Source: a bacterium (lineage in GTDB: Bacteria; Actinomycetota; Acidimicrobiia; Acidimicrobiales; CATQHL01). From it: a stretch of DNA of 64,000 nt. Shown here one piece after another: positions 30,361 to 38,913 of this stretch. The notes beneath the pieces were generated by a model. That model worked only from the letters and a program-made list of their open reading frames with translations. It searched no databases and had not been told where the DNA came from. Location of the stretch: assembly GCA_028824415.1 (NCBI GenBank), contig JAPPDX010000121.1, positions 3,327 through 67,326 of the forward strand. The letters run 5' to 3'. A program made the translations under genes and the position numbers. Numbering within the stretch: the first letter of the stretch is position 1; every line of letters starts with the position of its first letter.

Positions 30361-30400
30361 GCCGTGGGCCATGTCGCGACGCCTTGGCGAGCAGGGTCTC

Positions 30401-31456
30401 TCAGCCCATGGCGACGTCCACGATCTGGCGTTTGCCACCGGTTCCCGCGGCCGCGATCGCCGCCAGGGCGTCAGGCACCCCCTCCAGTGACACGGTGGGG
30501 CCGATGAGGGGCCGCAGATCCAGGCGGCCGGACTCGTAGAGGGCGTTGCCCAGGAGGAAGTCGGCGCGGGTGTAGCCGAAGGTGGCCATGACGGTGAGTT
30601 CGCGCTTGATGAAGTCGAAGAGAAAATCGTCGAAGTTCAGCGAGGCGCCGCCGTGCACGATGCCCATCAGCAGCACAGTCCCGTCGGGTCGGGCCGTGCG
30701 CAGCATGGTGTCCACGCTGGCGGGATGCCCGGACGCCTCGAACGCCAAGTCGGCGCCGTGGGGGGCGCCGAGCGCTTCCCGCAGCGCCTCCGCCGAGTCG
30801 GTGGGCGACATTCCCGACACGTCGACTGTGGCGTCCACCCAAGGCTCTACCGCCGCCAGGTGGTCGGCGACCACGTCGGCCGCCACGATCGTGGTGGCGC
30901 CCATGGCGCGGGCAACCTGGCAGACCGTGAAGCCGATGCTGCCGATGCCCGAGACGACCATTCGCGTGCCCGCGCCGGCGCCTGAGCGGCGCATCCCGTG
31001 CACCGTGGCGGGCACGGCAGAGCTCAGCATCACCGCCTCGTCGAGGCGCACGTCCGCCGACAGCGGGAACACGTTCGACTCCGGCACAACCACGTAGTCG
31101 GCGAAGCCGCCGTCCACGTCGATCCCGAGGTGGCGCATCCAAGGGCAGATGCTCTCGCTGCCGCGCACGCACCACTCGCAGACGCCGCAACCGATGACCG
31201 CGTCGCCGACCACCAGCGAACCCGCCGGCGGCGTGGCAGGAGAGTCGGCCTCGACGATCTCCCCGACGATCTCATGCCCCAGGATCCGGGGCAGGCCGGC
31301 GGTGTCGATCATCCCTGCGGCCATCTGCTCGTGAAACAGCCCCAGCGCCGAGGCCCGGACCCGCACGAGCGCCCAGTTCTCGGGACGCTCGGGCACGGCG
31401 ATGTCGGCCATCTCCAACTGGTTCTCACCGAGCATCAGCAACGCGCGCATTGTCAC
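30401..31456 (-). CDS. Medium-chain (zinc-type) alcohol dehydrogenase family protein
   Basis: ORF track, 351 aa (GTG 31456 or ATG 31450). GHEIVGEIVEA, structural zinc loop CGVCEWCVRGSESIC, and Rossmann VSGIGSIGF. Confidence 0.85.
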   Translation of the reverse strand: MTMRALLMLGENQLEMADIAVPERPENWALVRVRASALGLFHEQMAAGMIDTAGLPRILGHEIVGEIVEADSPATPPAGSLVVGDAVIGCGVCEWCVRGSESICPWMRHLGIDVDGGFADYVVVPESNVFPLSADVRLDEAVMLSSAVPATVHGMRRSGAGAGTRMVVSGIGSIGFTVCQVARAMGATTIVAADVVADHLAAVEPWVDATVDVSGMSPTDSAEALREALGAPHGADLAFEASGHPASVDTMLRTARPDGTVLLMGIVHGGASLNFDDFLFDFIKRELTVMATFGYTRADFLLGNALYESGRLDLRPLIGPTVSLEGVPDALAAIAAAGTGGKRQIVDVAMG

Positions 31457-31479
31457 GGATCCGTCCTCAATCGTTCAGA

Positions 31480-31718
31480 CAACAACCGAGGGTGGGGGAT
31501 GCCGGCGGACGCCGTAGGCGGCCATTCCGAGGCCGCCGGAGCGCCACCGGCAGCGCCCGCAGGGACAGCCGCCGACAACCGAGGGGGGATACCGGTGGCC
31601 AACCAGCAACCGAGGGAGGGGGCCGGGGGGCCGATTTGCGACGCCTTGCGCCCGCGCCGAAGGAGCAAACGGCACCCCGGCCCCCGACCGGGCCGCCGAC
31701 TGTTGGCTTGACACGGGC
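31480..31718 (+). repeat. Intergenic repeat family A, copy A1 (three CAACCGAGGG-G-tract modules plus a ~95-nt hairpin core)
   Basis: The modules are at 31480, 31573 and 31604. The core 31599-31718 is nearly identical to 33627-33745. Long stem GGGGGCCGGGGGGCCG / CGGCACCCCGGCCCCC. Confidence 0.85.
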
Positions 31719-31725
31719 AGGAGGC

Positions 31726-32403
31726 TCAGTCGAGGACGTCTTCGCTGTCGAGCTCCCAGATCAGCTCGCTGTAGTGATCGCCGGCGGGGGCCCAGCGCTT
31801 GCGGGAGTAGCGGATGTTGGGGTTGTAGGTGATGGCGATGAACTCGTCGAGGTCGCAGAAGTTGGATGAGAACTCCACGTCGGGGGCGTTGTCGCGGAGG
31901 TAGTCGCCGATGGGGCAGTTGAGGCGGAGGACGTACTTGGCCATGTTGCCGTCCTCCTCGAAGTAGCGCTCGGTGTCCAGCTTGGGCGACCAGGCGAAGT
32001 AGCTCCAGAACTCCTTGAAGAAGTTGTTGAGGCTGAGCTTGTCGCCCTTGGCCCGCGACCGCTCGGCCATCTTCGTACCCATCTCCAGGCCCTGGCGCTG
32101 GCGGGCGCGGGACACGGCCGCTCGCCCCTCTTCCTTACCGAGTTCCACCTCCATGGCGTCGGCCAGGACCGAGAAGATCCTGGTCTTGGCGTGGAACTCG
32201 TTCTCGTTGGCGTCCCAGCCCTGCTGGATCGGGTCGTCTGCTGCGATCTCGTGGTAGCGCTCGAGATAGCGGCGCTGGCCCTCGTGGTCGACGTGGCCGT
32301 CTTCCTTGGTGCGTGCCAGCCGGTCGGCCGGGCCGTCCTCGATGGCGTCGGCCAACTCTTTCAACTCGGGGTAGGCAATCTCGACCTTGTCGTAGGTGAC
32401 CAT
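31726..32403 (-). CDS. Hypothetical protein, possibly of the L-2-amino-thiazoline-4-carboxylate hydrolase-like family
   Basis: ORF track, 225 aa with normal protein-like composition. RLNCPIGDYLRDNAPDVEFSSNFCDLDEFIA recalls the Cys-containing motif of ATC-hydrolase-like proteins. The family assignment is from memory only. Confidence 0.45.
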   Translation of the reverse strand: MVTYDKVEIAYPELKELADAIEDGPADRLARTKEDGHVDHEGQRRYLERYHEIAADDPIQQGWDANENEFHAKTRIFSVLADAMEVELGKEEGRAAVSRARQRQGLEMGTKMAERSRAKGDKLSLNNFFKEFWSYFAWSPKLDTERYFEEDGNMAKYVLRLNCPIGDYLRDNAPDVEFSSNFCDLDEFIAITYNPNIRYSRKRWAPAGDHYSELIWELDSEDVLD

Positions 32404-32511
32404 TCCAATCGCTCCTCGTTCGATCCCGGCGCCGGGCGCTCATCCGGGTTCCGCCGGATGGGCGCGCCGCAGTCTACGCCCGGCTGTGCGCAAGGCCAGC
32501 CGGTTGATCTC

Positions 32512-33021
32512 CTAGGTAAAGGTCTCGCCGGGCTGGAACAGCTCGAGCACCAGACCGCCGACTTCACGGGTCTCGAAGTAGGCGAAGCGGCCGCCGTCGG
32601 AGACCTCGCCGTAGGAGATCACCTCGTGACCGAGGCCGGTAAGGTCGGCGATGTCCCGGTCGATGTCGTCGGTGTAGGCGCACAGATGTACGACGCCCTC
32701 ACCGTGTCGCTCGAGGAACTCCGCCTGGATGCCCTTGCCCGCCACAGGCTGCAGCAACTCGAACTCGACGTTGCCCATCTGGGCGATAAGCCCCTTGACC
32801 GCCACGTCCGGAGCATCCTCGCCGTAGATCTTCCGCACAAGAGTGTGGGCTGAGGGGCCTTCCTCGAACGGGCCGATCCCGAGGCGCTCGTAGAACGCCG
32901 CTGCCTGGGTGATGTCGCGCACGACGACACCGATCTGGTAGGTCCGCGACCAGAGATCGGGGCGGATACCCCCGGCTGCCGGCTGGGACTCGTTGGGCTC
33001 TGCGGACATGAGCGCCTCCAT
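32512..33021 (-). CDS. VOC (glyoxalase/bleomycin-resistance/dioxygenase) family protein
   Basis: ORF track, 169 aa. YQIGVVVRDITQAAAFYERLGIGPFEE and GEGVVHLCAYTDDIDRD are typical paired beta-alpha-beta-beta-beta modules. Confidence 0.8.
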   Translation of the reverse strand: MEALMSAEPNESQPAAGGIRPDLWSRTYQIGVVVRDITQAAAFYERLGIGPFEEGPSAHTLVRKIYGEDAPDVAVKGLIAQMGNVEFELLQPVAGKGIQAEFLERHGEGVVHLCAYTDDIDRDIADLTGLGHEVISYGEVSDGGRFAYFETREVGGLVLELFQPGETFT

Positions 33022-33085
33022 TCAAATCTCGAACTGAGGGGCCGACTATACGGCCCACTGCGAGCACAACTCTGATCTCCAGCAC

Positions 33086-33137
33086 CTGGATTCCGGCCCC
33101 GGATCAAGTCCGGGGCAGGCTCTTCGCCGGAATGACG
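33086..33137. repeat. Nested-palindrome intergenic repeat family P, copy P2
   Basis: CTGGATTCCGGCCCCGGATCAAGTCCGGGGCAGGCTCTTCGCCGGAATGACG. It has 3 differences from P1, all in loop or bulge positions. Confidence 0.85.
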
Positions 33138-33163
33138 CAGCGGCCGTCGCGCGTGGAACCGTG

Positions 33164-33547
33164 TCAGGGGCGCCGCGCGACGCAGTCGATCTGCACCTTG
33201 GCGCCCTTCCAGAGGAACGCCACACCGAAACTGGTGCGGGCGGGGAATGGCACGGCGAATCGCTCGCCGTAGATGCGGTTCATCGAATCCAGGTCGTCCT
33301 CGTTGATGAACTGCACGCAGGTGTGCACCACGTCGGCCAGCGTGCAGCCCACCTCGCCGAGAATCTCCGCCAGGTTGGTGATGGCCTGGTGGAACTCTGG
33401 CTCGAAGCCGCCGGTCACAAAGTCGCCACTGGCCGGGTCGCGGCCGATCTGGCCGGTCACCCAGACGTGGTCGCCGTCGATCCGCACGTGCGGGTACGGG
33501 CCCCGCGGCTCCGGTGCCGCCTCGGTGGTCACGGTGCTGTCTGCCAT
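33164..33547 (-). CDS. ridA: RidA/YjgF/Endoribonuclease L-PSP family enamine/imine deaminase
   Basis: Within ORF 33164..33703, ATG 33547 is preceded by AAGGAAG and gives MADSTVTTEA... VWVTGQIGRDPASGDF and PARTSFGVAFLWKGAKVQIDCVA. Confidence 0.85.
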   Translation of the reverse strand: MADSTVTTEAAPEPRGPYPHVRIDGDHVWVTGQIGRDPASGDFVTGGFEPEFHQAITNLAEILGEVGCTLADVVHTCVQFINEDDLDSMNRIYGERFAVPFPARTSFGVAFLWKGAKVQIDCVARRP

Positions 33548-33590
33548 GGTGCTTCCTTTCCGGAGATCGCCGTCCCACGCGGACAGCTGC

Positions 33591-33745
33591 CAACAACCGA
33601 GGGTGGGGACGTCGGGGGCCCGCCGGCCAACCAACAACCGAGGGAGGGGGCCGGGGGGCCGATTTGCGACGCCTTGCGCCCGCGCCGAAGGAGCAAACGG
33701 CACCCCGGCCCCCGACCGGACCGCTGACTTTGACTTGACACCGGC
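33591..33745 (+). repeat. Intergenic repeat family A, copy A2 (two modules plus the hairpin core)
   Basis: The modules are at 33591 and 33632. The core 33627-33745 matches A1 except for about ten positions at the edges. Confidence 0.85.
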
Positions 33746-33767
33746 GACCCCATCCGGACAGCCGCTC

Positions 33768-34511
33768 TCATGTCAACCAGCCGCCGTCGACGACGAGGAC
33801 GTGGCCGGTGACGTACGAGGCCGCTTCGGAACTCAGGAAGTCCACCGCGGCGGCGATGTCGGTGGTCCTGCCCAGGCGGCCCAGCGGGATCCGCTCCGCC
33901 GCCTGGCGTTCCAGCACGCCCGGGTCGTCCAAAACCGAGCGGGTGAGGTCGGTGTCCACAGTGCCGGGCGCCACGGCGTTCACCCTGATACCCAGCGGCG
34001 CCAGCTCGCGGGCAGCGGCGACGGTGAGCATGCGCACAGCTCCCTTGGAGGTGTCGTAAGGCACCATCGGGGTTGTCGAGGCGGTGAATCCCGAGGTGGA
34101 GGCGGTGTTCACGATGCAGCCCCCGCGGTCCGCCATGGCACGGGCGGCGGCCTGGATCCCGAAGAACACCCCGCGCAGGTTGATCGACATGAGGTCGTCG
34201 AACTGCTCCGGCGTGACCTCCACCAGCGGCCGGATCCAGCCGACGCCGGCGTTGTTGACCATGGTCGTCAGCGAGGCCACCTCCTCGACCCGCCCAACGG
34301 CATCAGCCAAGGATCCGGGGTCGCGGACGTCGAGCTCGACACCGTGGACCGCCAGCCCCTCCGCCGAGAGTTCGCCGGCCGTCGCCGCTGCGGTCGACCC
34401 GAGGTCGCCGATGACCACCACATCGCCGCGGCGTGCCAACCGCTCGGCGATCGCCCGCCCGATGCCCCGCGCCCCGCCGGTAACAAGCGCGCCCGCCGGC
34501 GCCTGCATCAT
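33768..34511 (-). CDS. Short-chain dehydrogenase/reductase (FabG-like)
   Basis: ORF track, 247 aa. ALVTGGARGIGRAIAERLA, NNAGV and YDTSKGAV (YxxxK). Confidence 0.85.
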   Translation of the reverse strand: MMQAPAGALVTGGARGIGRAIAERLARRGDVVVIGDLGSTAAATAGELSAEGLAVHGVELDVRDPGSLADAVGRVEEVASLTTMVNNAGVGWIRPLVEVTPEQFDDLMSINLRGVFFGIQAAARAMADRGGCIVNTASTSGFTASTTPMVPYDTSKGAVRMLTVAAARELAPLGIRVNAVAPGTVDTDLTRSVLDDPGVLERQAAERIPLGRLGRTTDIAAAVDFLSSEAASYVTGHVLVVDGGWLT

Positions 34512-34550
34512 CCCCGAGTCTCCCGAACCTCAGAGAACCGGACACCCGCC

Positions 34551-34640
34551 GCGCGCGAGGGTGGGGACGCCGGGGGCCGGCCGGCGGAGCGATTTCGCCA
34601 GACGCTCCCGGCGGCCACCGGCGGCCCCGCCCGGACACCC
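34551..34640 (+). repeat. Intergenic repeat family A, degenerate copy A3
   Basis: GCGCGCGAGGGTGGGGACGCCGGGGGCCGGCCGGCGGAGCGATTTCGCCAGACGCTCC... It shares the GAGGGTGGGGAC module and the GATTT(C)GC segment with A1/A2 but is otherwise diverged. Confidence 0.5.
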
Positions 34641-34656
34641 GTCACGATCGCAATCC

Positions 34657-35967
34657 TCAGTCGTTGGCCACCAGGTCGGTCGGGTGCTCGTTCAGCTTGA
34701 CGCCGCCGTCGGGGGTGCAGACGATGACGTCCTCCACCCGCACGCCCACCCGTCCGGGCCAGAACACCGACGGCTCGATGGTGAAGGTCATACCGGCCTC
34801 CAGAGGCGTCTCGTCCTCGGGCGAGATGAACGGTTCCTCGTGCACGTCGAGGCCGATGCAGTGGCCGGTGCGATGGCGGAACCAGTCGCCGTAGCCGGCG
34901 TCGACGATCACCTGGCGCGTGGCCCGGTGCACGGCCGAAGCGGTCACGCCCGGCCGCACCGTGTCGATGCCCGCCTGCTGGGCCGCCATGACGACCTCGT
35001 AGACCCGCCGATACTCCTCATCGGGGTCGCCGATGTGGATGGTGCGGCCGAAGTCGGAGCAGTAGCCCTCGATCACGGCGCCGAAGTCGAAGGAGATCCC
35101 GCTATCGCCGCGCAGCGCCTGCTGGGAGATCCGCACGTTGGCGTCGCGGGCGTCGCCGGGACCCATCGACCAGACGGCGGTGTCGAACGACCACGTGCGC
35201 GCCCCGAGGCGCAGCAGGTGGTAGTTCACCTCCTCGCCCAGCTCCAGCTCGGTGACACCGGCGCGGACGCGATCGCTGACCTCGGCCATGGCGGTGTCAG
35301 CGAGAGAGCAGGCCCGCTTCATGAGGGCCAGTTCGTCGGGGGTCTTGATCCGGCGCATGCGGTTCACGAGCTTGCTGGCATCCACCAACTCCGCCCCGCC
35401 GAAGGCCGCCAGCAGGCGCATGATGGCCGAGCCCCAGGTTCGGGCGCCGACGGCGATCCGCTTGGCGGGGCCCAGGGCGGCCGCGGCCTGTGCGAACAAG
35501 GCGTCGCCGTCGTCCATCTCGTCCACGCTGATGACCTCGCCGGGAACACCTTCGGGGAGGTCGAACTCCACGAAGTTGCGCGGCAGCAGGAAGATTGGGT
35601 CGCGTCCGGGCAGCATGAACGCGCCGGCCACCCAGCCGTGCGTGTAGTTCACGTCGCCGAACGTCGGCACCCGCCGCTCGAGGCCGGTGAGGTACTCGAG
35701 GTCACCCCCCGTGGGGAGCCACGCCAGGTCCACGTCGGCGGCGTTCAGGATCCTGCCGAACGTCGCGCGGCGGGCAGCGTAGCCAGTGGTTCCTTCAACC
35801 GTGATGGCGACGCTGGCGACATCCCCCGGGCTGTCTCGCCGGGCGGCGGGCGGCGCCGGCTGATCAGGAACCGCGAGCGCCTCAGCACACGCCGAGTGAT
35901 CATGGGGTTGCCCTCCATCAGGATGGGTTCCGCCGCCGGCGGGGTCGCAACCGGTTGCAGTTGTCAT
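34657..35967 (-). CDS. M24 family metallopeptidase (Xaa-Pro dipeptidase / creatinase-like)
   Basis: ORF track, 436 aa. ISFDFGAVIEGYCSDFGRT, HRTGHCIGLDVHE, GMTFTIEP and VRVEDVIV carry the D-D-H-E-E pita-bread ligands. The start overlaps the upstream stop (35964-35967). Confidence 0.8.
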   Translation of the reverse strand: MTTATGCDPAGGGTHPDGGQPHDHSACAEALAVPDQPAPPAARRDSPGDVASVAITVEGTTGYAARRATFGRILNAADVDLAWLPTGGDLEYLTGLERRVPTFGDVNYTHGWVAGAFMLPGRDPIFLLPRNFVEFDLPEGVPGEVISVDEMDDGDALFAQAAAALGPAKRIAVGARTWGSAIMRLLAAFGGAELVDASKLVNRMRRIKTPDELALMKRACSLADTAMAEVSDRVRAGVTELELGEEVNYHLLRLGARTWSFDTAVWSMGPGDARDANVRISQQALRGDSGISFDFGAVIEGYCSDFGRTIHIGDPDEEYRRVYEVVMAAQQAGIDTVRPGVTASAVHRATRQVIVDAGYGDWFRHRTGHCIGLDVHEEPFISPEDETPLEAGMTFTIEPSVFWPGRVGVRVEDVIVCTPDGGVKLNEHPTDLVAND

Positions 35968-37184
35968 GGCGAATCTCCGATCAATCCCCGGGCCATCTCG
36001 CCGGCCACTGGGCGGCCGTGGGTGATCACCAGCCGCGGCTTCCGCAGCGCCTGCAGGGAGTCCATGGGATTCCCCTCAAGCAGTATCAGATCGGCCGCGG
36101 CGCCAGGCACCGCTGCAGTGGCGCCGCCAAACCCGTTCAGCTCGCGCCCGCCTACCGAGGCGGCGTGCAACACCGAGCGGCGGTCCATGCCGGCTCGCTC
36201 CAGCATCTCCAACTCGCGGTGCAGCCGCTCGCCGATGGGGTTCAGGTCGGCGCCGGTGGCAACGCGCACGCCGGCGGCGATGCACATCTTCAGCGCCTCG
36301 GCGTGGTGCGGCAGAACTTCCCGGGAGCGCTCGGCGGCATGCTTGGGCCATTTCTCGGCCTCGATGTACTCCTGGTCGTGCGTGACGCCGACCGTGGGCA
36401 CCAGCCAGGTGCCGTTGGCGGCCATGGTCGCGGCGGCCTCCTCGTTCAGCATGTAGCCGTGCTCCACCGACCGGCCGCCGCGTTCGGAGAAGGCGATCGC
36501 CGGCTCGGCACCGCCGCAGTGCGCCGCCACCGGGATGCCCCGCAGGTTGGCCACCTCCATGACCGTGTCCAACTCGGCGTCGGTGAACTGCCCCCCGTCG
36601 CAGGTCTCGTGTGGGCTGTACAGGCCGCCGGTGAGCATGATCTTGATCCACTGGGCGCCGCGCTCCAGCTGCCGGCGCACTGCCCGGGCCATGTCGTCGG
36701 GACCGTCGCAGACCAACTCCAACTCCATGCGCGTGTAGTGCCGCGGGAAGCAGGTGCCGTGGCCGGCGGTCGTGCGGATGGCGCGACCCACGCCGGTGAC
36801 GCGCGGGCCGGGTGACGTCCCGGCCGCATAGGCCCGGCCCCATGCCAGGTCCAACTCGTCGCCCTCGGCAAGGCAGCGCACGCCGGTGACGCCCGCCGCC
36901 ACTGCACCGGCGAAGTTCTCCCCGGCGCGGATGGTGCGGTCCGGCAGCCCCTCGAAGAATCCCACTCCGGCGTTGTCGTACATGAGGCCGCCGGGATGGG
37001 AGTGGCAGTCCCACAGGCCGTACATGGCGGTCATCCCCGAGGCGTCGGTGGTCGGCGCCTCGCGCCCGTCGTCCCGCTCGATCATCCCGTCGTCCACCAG
37101 CAGGTCGCACGGGGCCGACTCGCCGGTGGCGACGTCCAGCCAGGAGGCGCCCCGGATCCGCAGCGGCCCGGCGGGGACGCTCAT
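35964..37184 (-). CDS. Amidohydrolase-superfamily metal-dependent hydrolase
   Basis: Within ORF 35964..37505, ATG 37184 overlaps the hyuB stop (ATGA) and gives MSVPAGPLRIRGASWLDV...GLWDCHSHPGG (HxH metal motif). Confidence 0.8.
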   Translation of the reverse strand: MSVPAGPLRIRGASWLDVATGESAPCDLLVDDGMIERDDGREAPTTDASGMTAMYGLWDCHSHPGGLMYDNAGVGFFEGLPDRTIRAGENFAGAVAAGVTGVRCLAEGDELDLAWGRAYAAGTSPGPRVTGVGRAIRTTAGHGTCFPRHYTRMELELVCDGPDDMARAVRRQLERGAQWIKIMLTGGLYSPHETCDGGQFTDAELDTVMEVANLRGIPVAAHCGGAEPAIAFSERGGRSVEHGYMLNEEAAATMAANGTWLVPTVGVTHDQEYIEAEKWPKHAAERSREVLPHHAEALKMCIAAGVRVATGADLNPIGERLHRELEMLERAGMDRRSVLHAASVGGRELNGFGGATAAVPGAAADLILLEGNPMDSLQALRKPRLVITHGRPVAGEMARGLIGDSP

Positions 37185-38896
37185 GACCCGTTCCCCGCGG
37201 TGCCGTTGCCCGCTACGCCGTTGCCCGCACCGTTCCCGAGGTCGATGTCCAGCCCCGGCGGCACAACCGTGGTGTAGCCCTCGATGAGGTCGCGGCGGAG
37301 GTCCTCCTCGCTGCGCTCGGCGGGATCGCCGTAGCCGCCGCCGCCGCCGGTGACGACCCGCAGGCGGCTGCCGGCGGGGGCCGGGAAGCGATTCACCTTC
37401 AGTACCGGCGTTGATTCCCCGTCGACGGTGATGACCGCGTCGGTGGTGCCGCCCGGCTCGCCGCCGAACAGCCCCCAAGCGCGGGTCGTCGTGCGCTCGA
37501 ACCATGTGGAGAGCGTCACCCCGTCGGCGAGTACCTCGTACTCACGCACCACGCCGAGGCCGCCGCGCCAGCGGCCGCGCCCGCCGGAGTCGGGGGAGAC
37601 GGCATATTGGTGCACCCTGATGGGGTAGCGGGACTCGAGGACCTCCACAGGGATGTTCTTCAGGTCGCCACCCCCGTAGTTGATCATCCCGTTGGTGCCG
37701 TCGCCGCCGGACCAGGCGCCCCAACCCACCGCCGTGGCCTCACCCGTTACGAACGGATCACCCGTCTCGGGGTCCTTGCCGACGAAGAGCACGTTCATCG
37801 GATCGGCAGGCTGGGCGGCGACCACCTTCTCGGGCATACCCGACGCCAGGGCGCTGATGAACAGATCGATCATCAGCCCTAGATGCGGGAAGTAGTACTG
37901 GCAAGCCGTCGGCTCCCTGGCGTCGAATATCGAAGCCTCCGGCGCCAGCACCCGCAGGTTCCGGAACGTGCCGCCCGTGACCGGAACCTCCGGATTGATG
38001 AGGAGCTTGTAGGCCAGGCAGGCGGCGGCAACCGTCTGGGCGAAGCCGCAGTTCATACAGCCCGGTGTCTGCGGCGAGGACCCGTCCAGATCCAGAACCA
38101 TCTCATCGCCCTCGACGGTCACGGTGGCCCGCACGTACACAGGTCCTCCGCCGGGGCCCCAGCTGTCCATCTGGCCCTCGGTGACGAACGTGCCGTCGGC
38201 GATGGCCGCCACGGCCTCGCGGTCGAGGCGCTCGCACTGCTCGAAGACCACCTCGGCCGCCTCCTCGACCGTGGCGCGGCCGAACCGGTCCATCAACTCG
38301 CCGAGTTGCCGCTCACCGGTGCGGCAGGCGGCGATCTGCGCGTGCAGATCACCCCAGATGGATCGGGGCAGGCGGCTGTTGCGGGTGATGAACTGCAGCA
38401 CGCCCGTCTCGGGTCGGCCCTCCCGGTAAAGGTGGGTGGGGCCCAGCCGGTAGCCCTCCTCGTAGATCGACGTGGCGTCGTTCGTCTGGCTGGGATCCTT
38501 GGCGCCGATGTCCATCCAGTGCGCCTTGGTGGCGCCGAACCCCACCAACTCGCCGCCGTAGAAGATCGGGGAGAAGACGCTCACGTCGTTGAGATGGCTG
38601 CCGACCAGATAGCTGTCGTTCACGGCGTAGACGTCGCCGGGCCGGTAGATCTCCGGACCGCCGAAGTGCTCGGTCGTGGCGTTGATCGCCGCCTCGAGGC
38701 TCCCGAGGAAGATGGGCAGGCCCGGAGCCTGGCCCAGCAGTTCGGCGTTCTGGTTGAACAGGCCCACCGAGCAGTCCTTCATCTCGTAGATGATCGGCGT
38801 GTACGCGGACCGCGCCAGGTTGTTGTTCATCTGCGAGGCGATCGAGATGAAGGCGTTGCGGATCACCTCGGTGGTGACCGGGTCGACCTGTGGCAT
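37181..38896 (-). CDS. hyuB: Hydantoinase B / oxoprolinase family protein
   Basis: Within ORF 37181..38968, ATG 38896 is preceded by AAGGAG and gives MPQVDPVTTEVIRNAFISIASQMNNNLARSAYTPIIYEMKDCSVGLF, the typical HyuB N-terminus. Confidence 0.85.
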   Translation of the reverse strand: MPQVDPVTTEVIRNAFISIASQMNNNLARSAYTPIIYEMKDCSVGLFNQNAELLGQAPGLPIFLGSLEAAINATTEHFGGPEIYRPGDVYAVNDSYLVGSHLNDVSVFSPIFYGGELVGFGATKAHWMDIGAKDPSQTNDATSIYEEGYRLGPTHLYREGRPETGVLQFITRNSRLPRSIWGDLHAQIAACRTGERQLGELMDRFGRATVEEAAEVVFEQCERLDREAVAAIADGTFVTEGQMDSWGPGGGPVYVRATVTVEGDEMVLDLDGSSPQTPGCMNCGFAQTVAAACLAYKLLINPEVPVTGGTFRNLRVLAPEASIFDAREPTACQYYFPHLGLMIDLFISALASGMPEKVVAAQPADPMNVLFVGKDPETGDPFVTGEATAVGWGAWSGGDGTNGMINYGGGDLKNIPVEVLESRYPIRVHQYAVSPDSGGRGRWRGGLGVVREYEVLADGVTLSTWFERTTTRAWGLFGGEPGGTTDAVITVDGESTPVLKVNRFPAPAGSRLRVVTGGGGGYGDPAERSEEDLRRDLIEGYTTVVPPGLDIDLGNGAGNGVAGNGTAGNGS

Positions 38897-38913
38897 CGGA
38901 TGCTCCTTGGTTC

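Noticed and set aside
31498-31711. Small ORF inside repeat A1 (MPADAVGGHSEAAG...ANQQPREGAGGPICDALRPRRRSKRHPGPRPGRRLLA), with a partly identical peptide readable in A2
   Set aside because: The shared peptide simply reflects the near-identical DNA. The N-terminal parts differ and copy A4 does not keep the frame. The composition is not protein-like. The sequence is better explained as a structured nucleic-acid element.
31706-33741. TTGACA hexamers at the right ends of repeats A1 and A2 as plus-strand promoters
   Set aside because: No acceptable -10 hexamer lies 16-19 nt downstream in either copy, and there is no plus-strand gene to drive.
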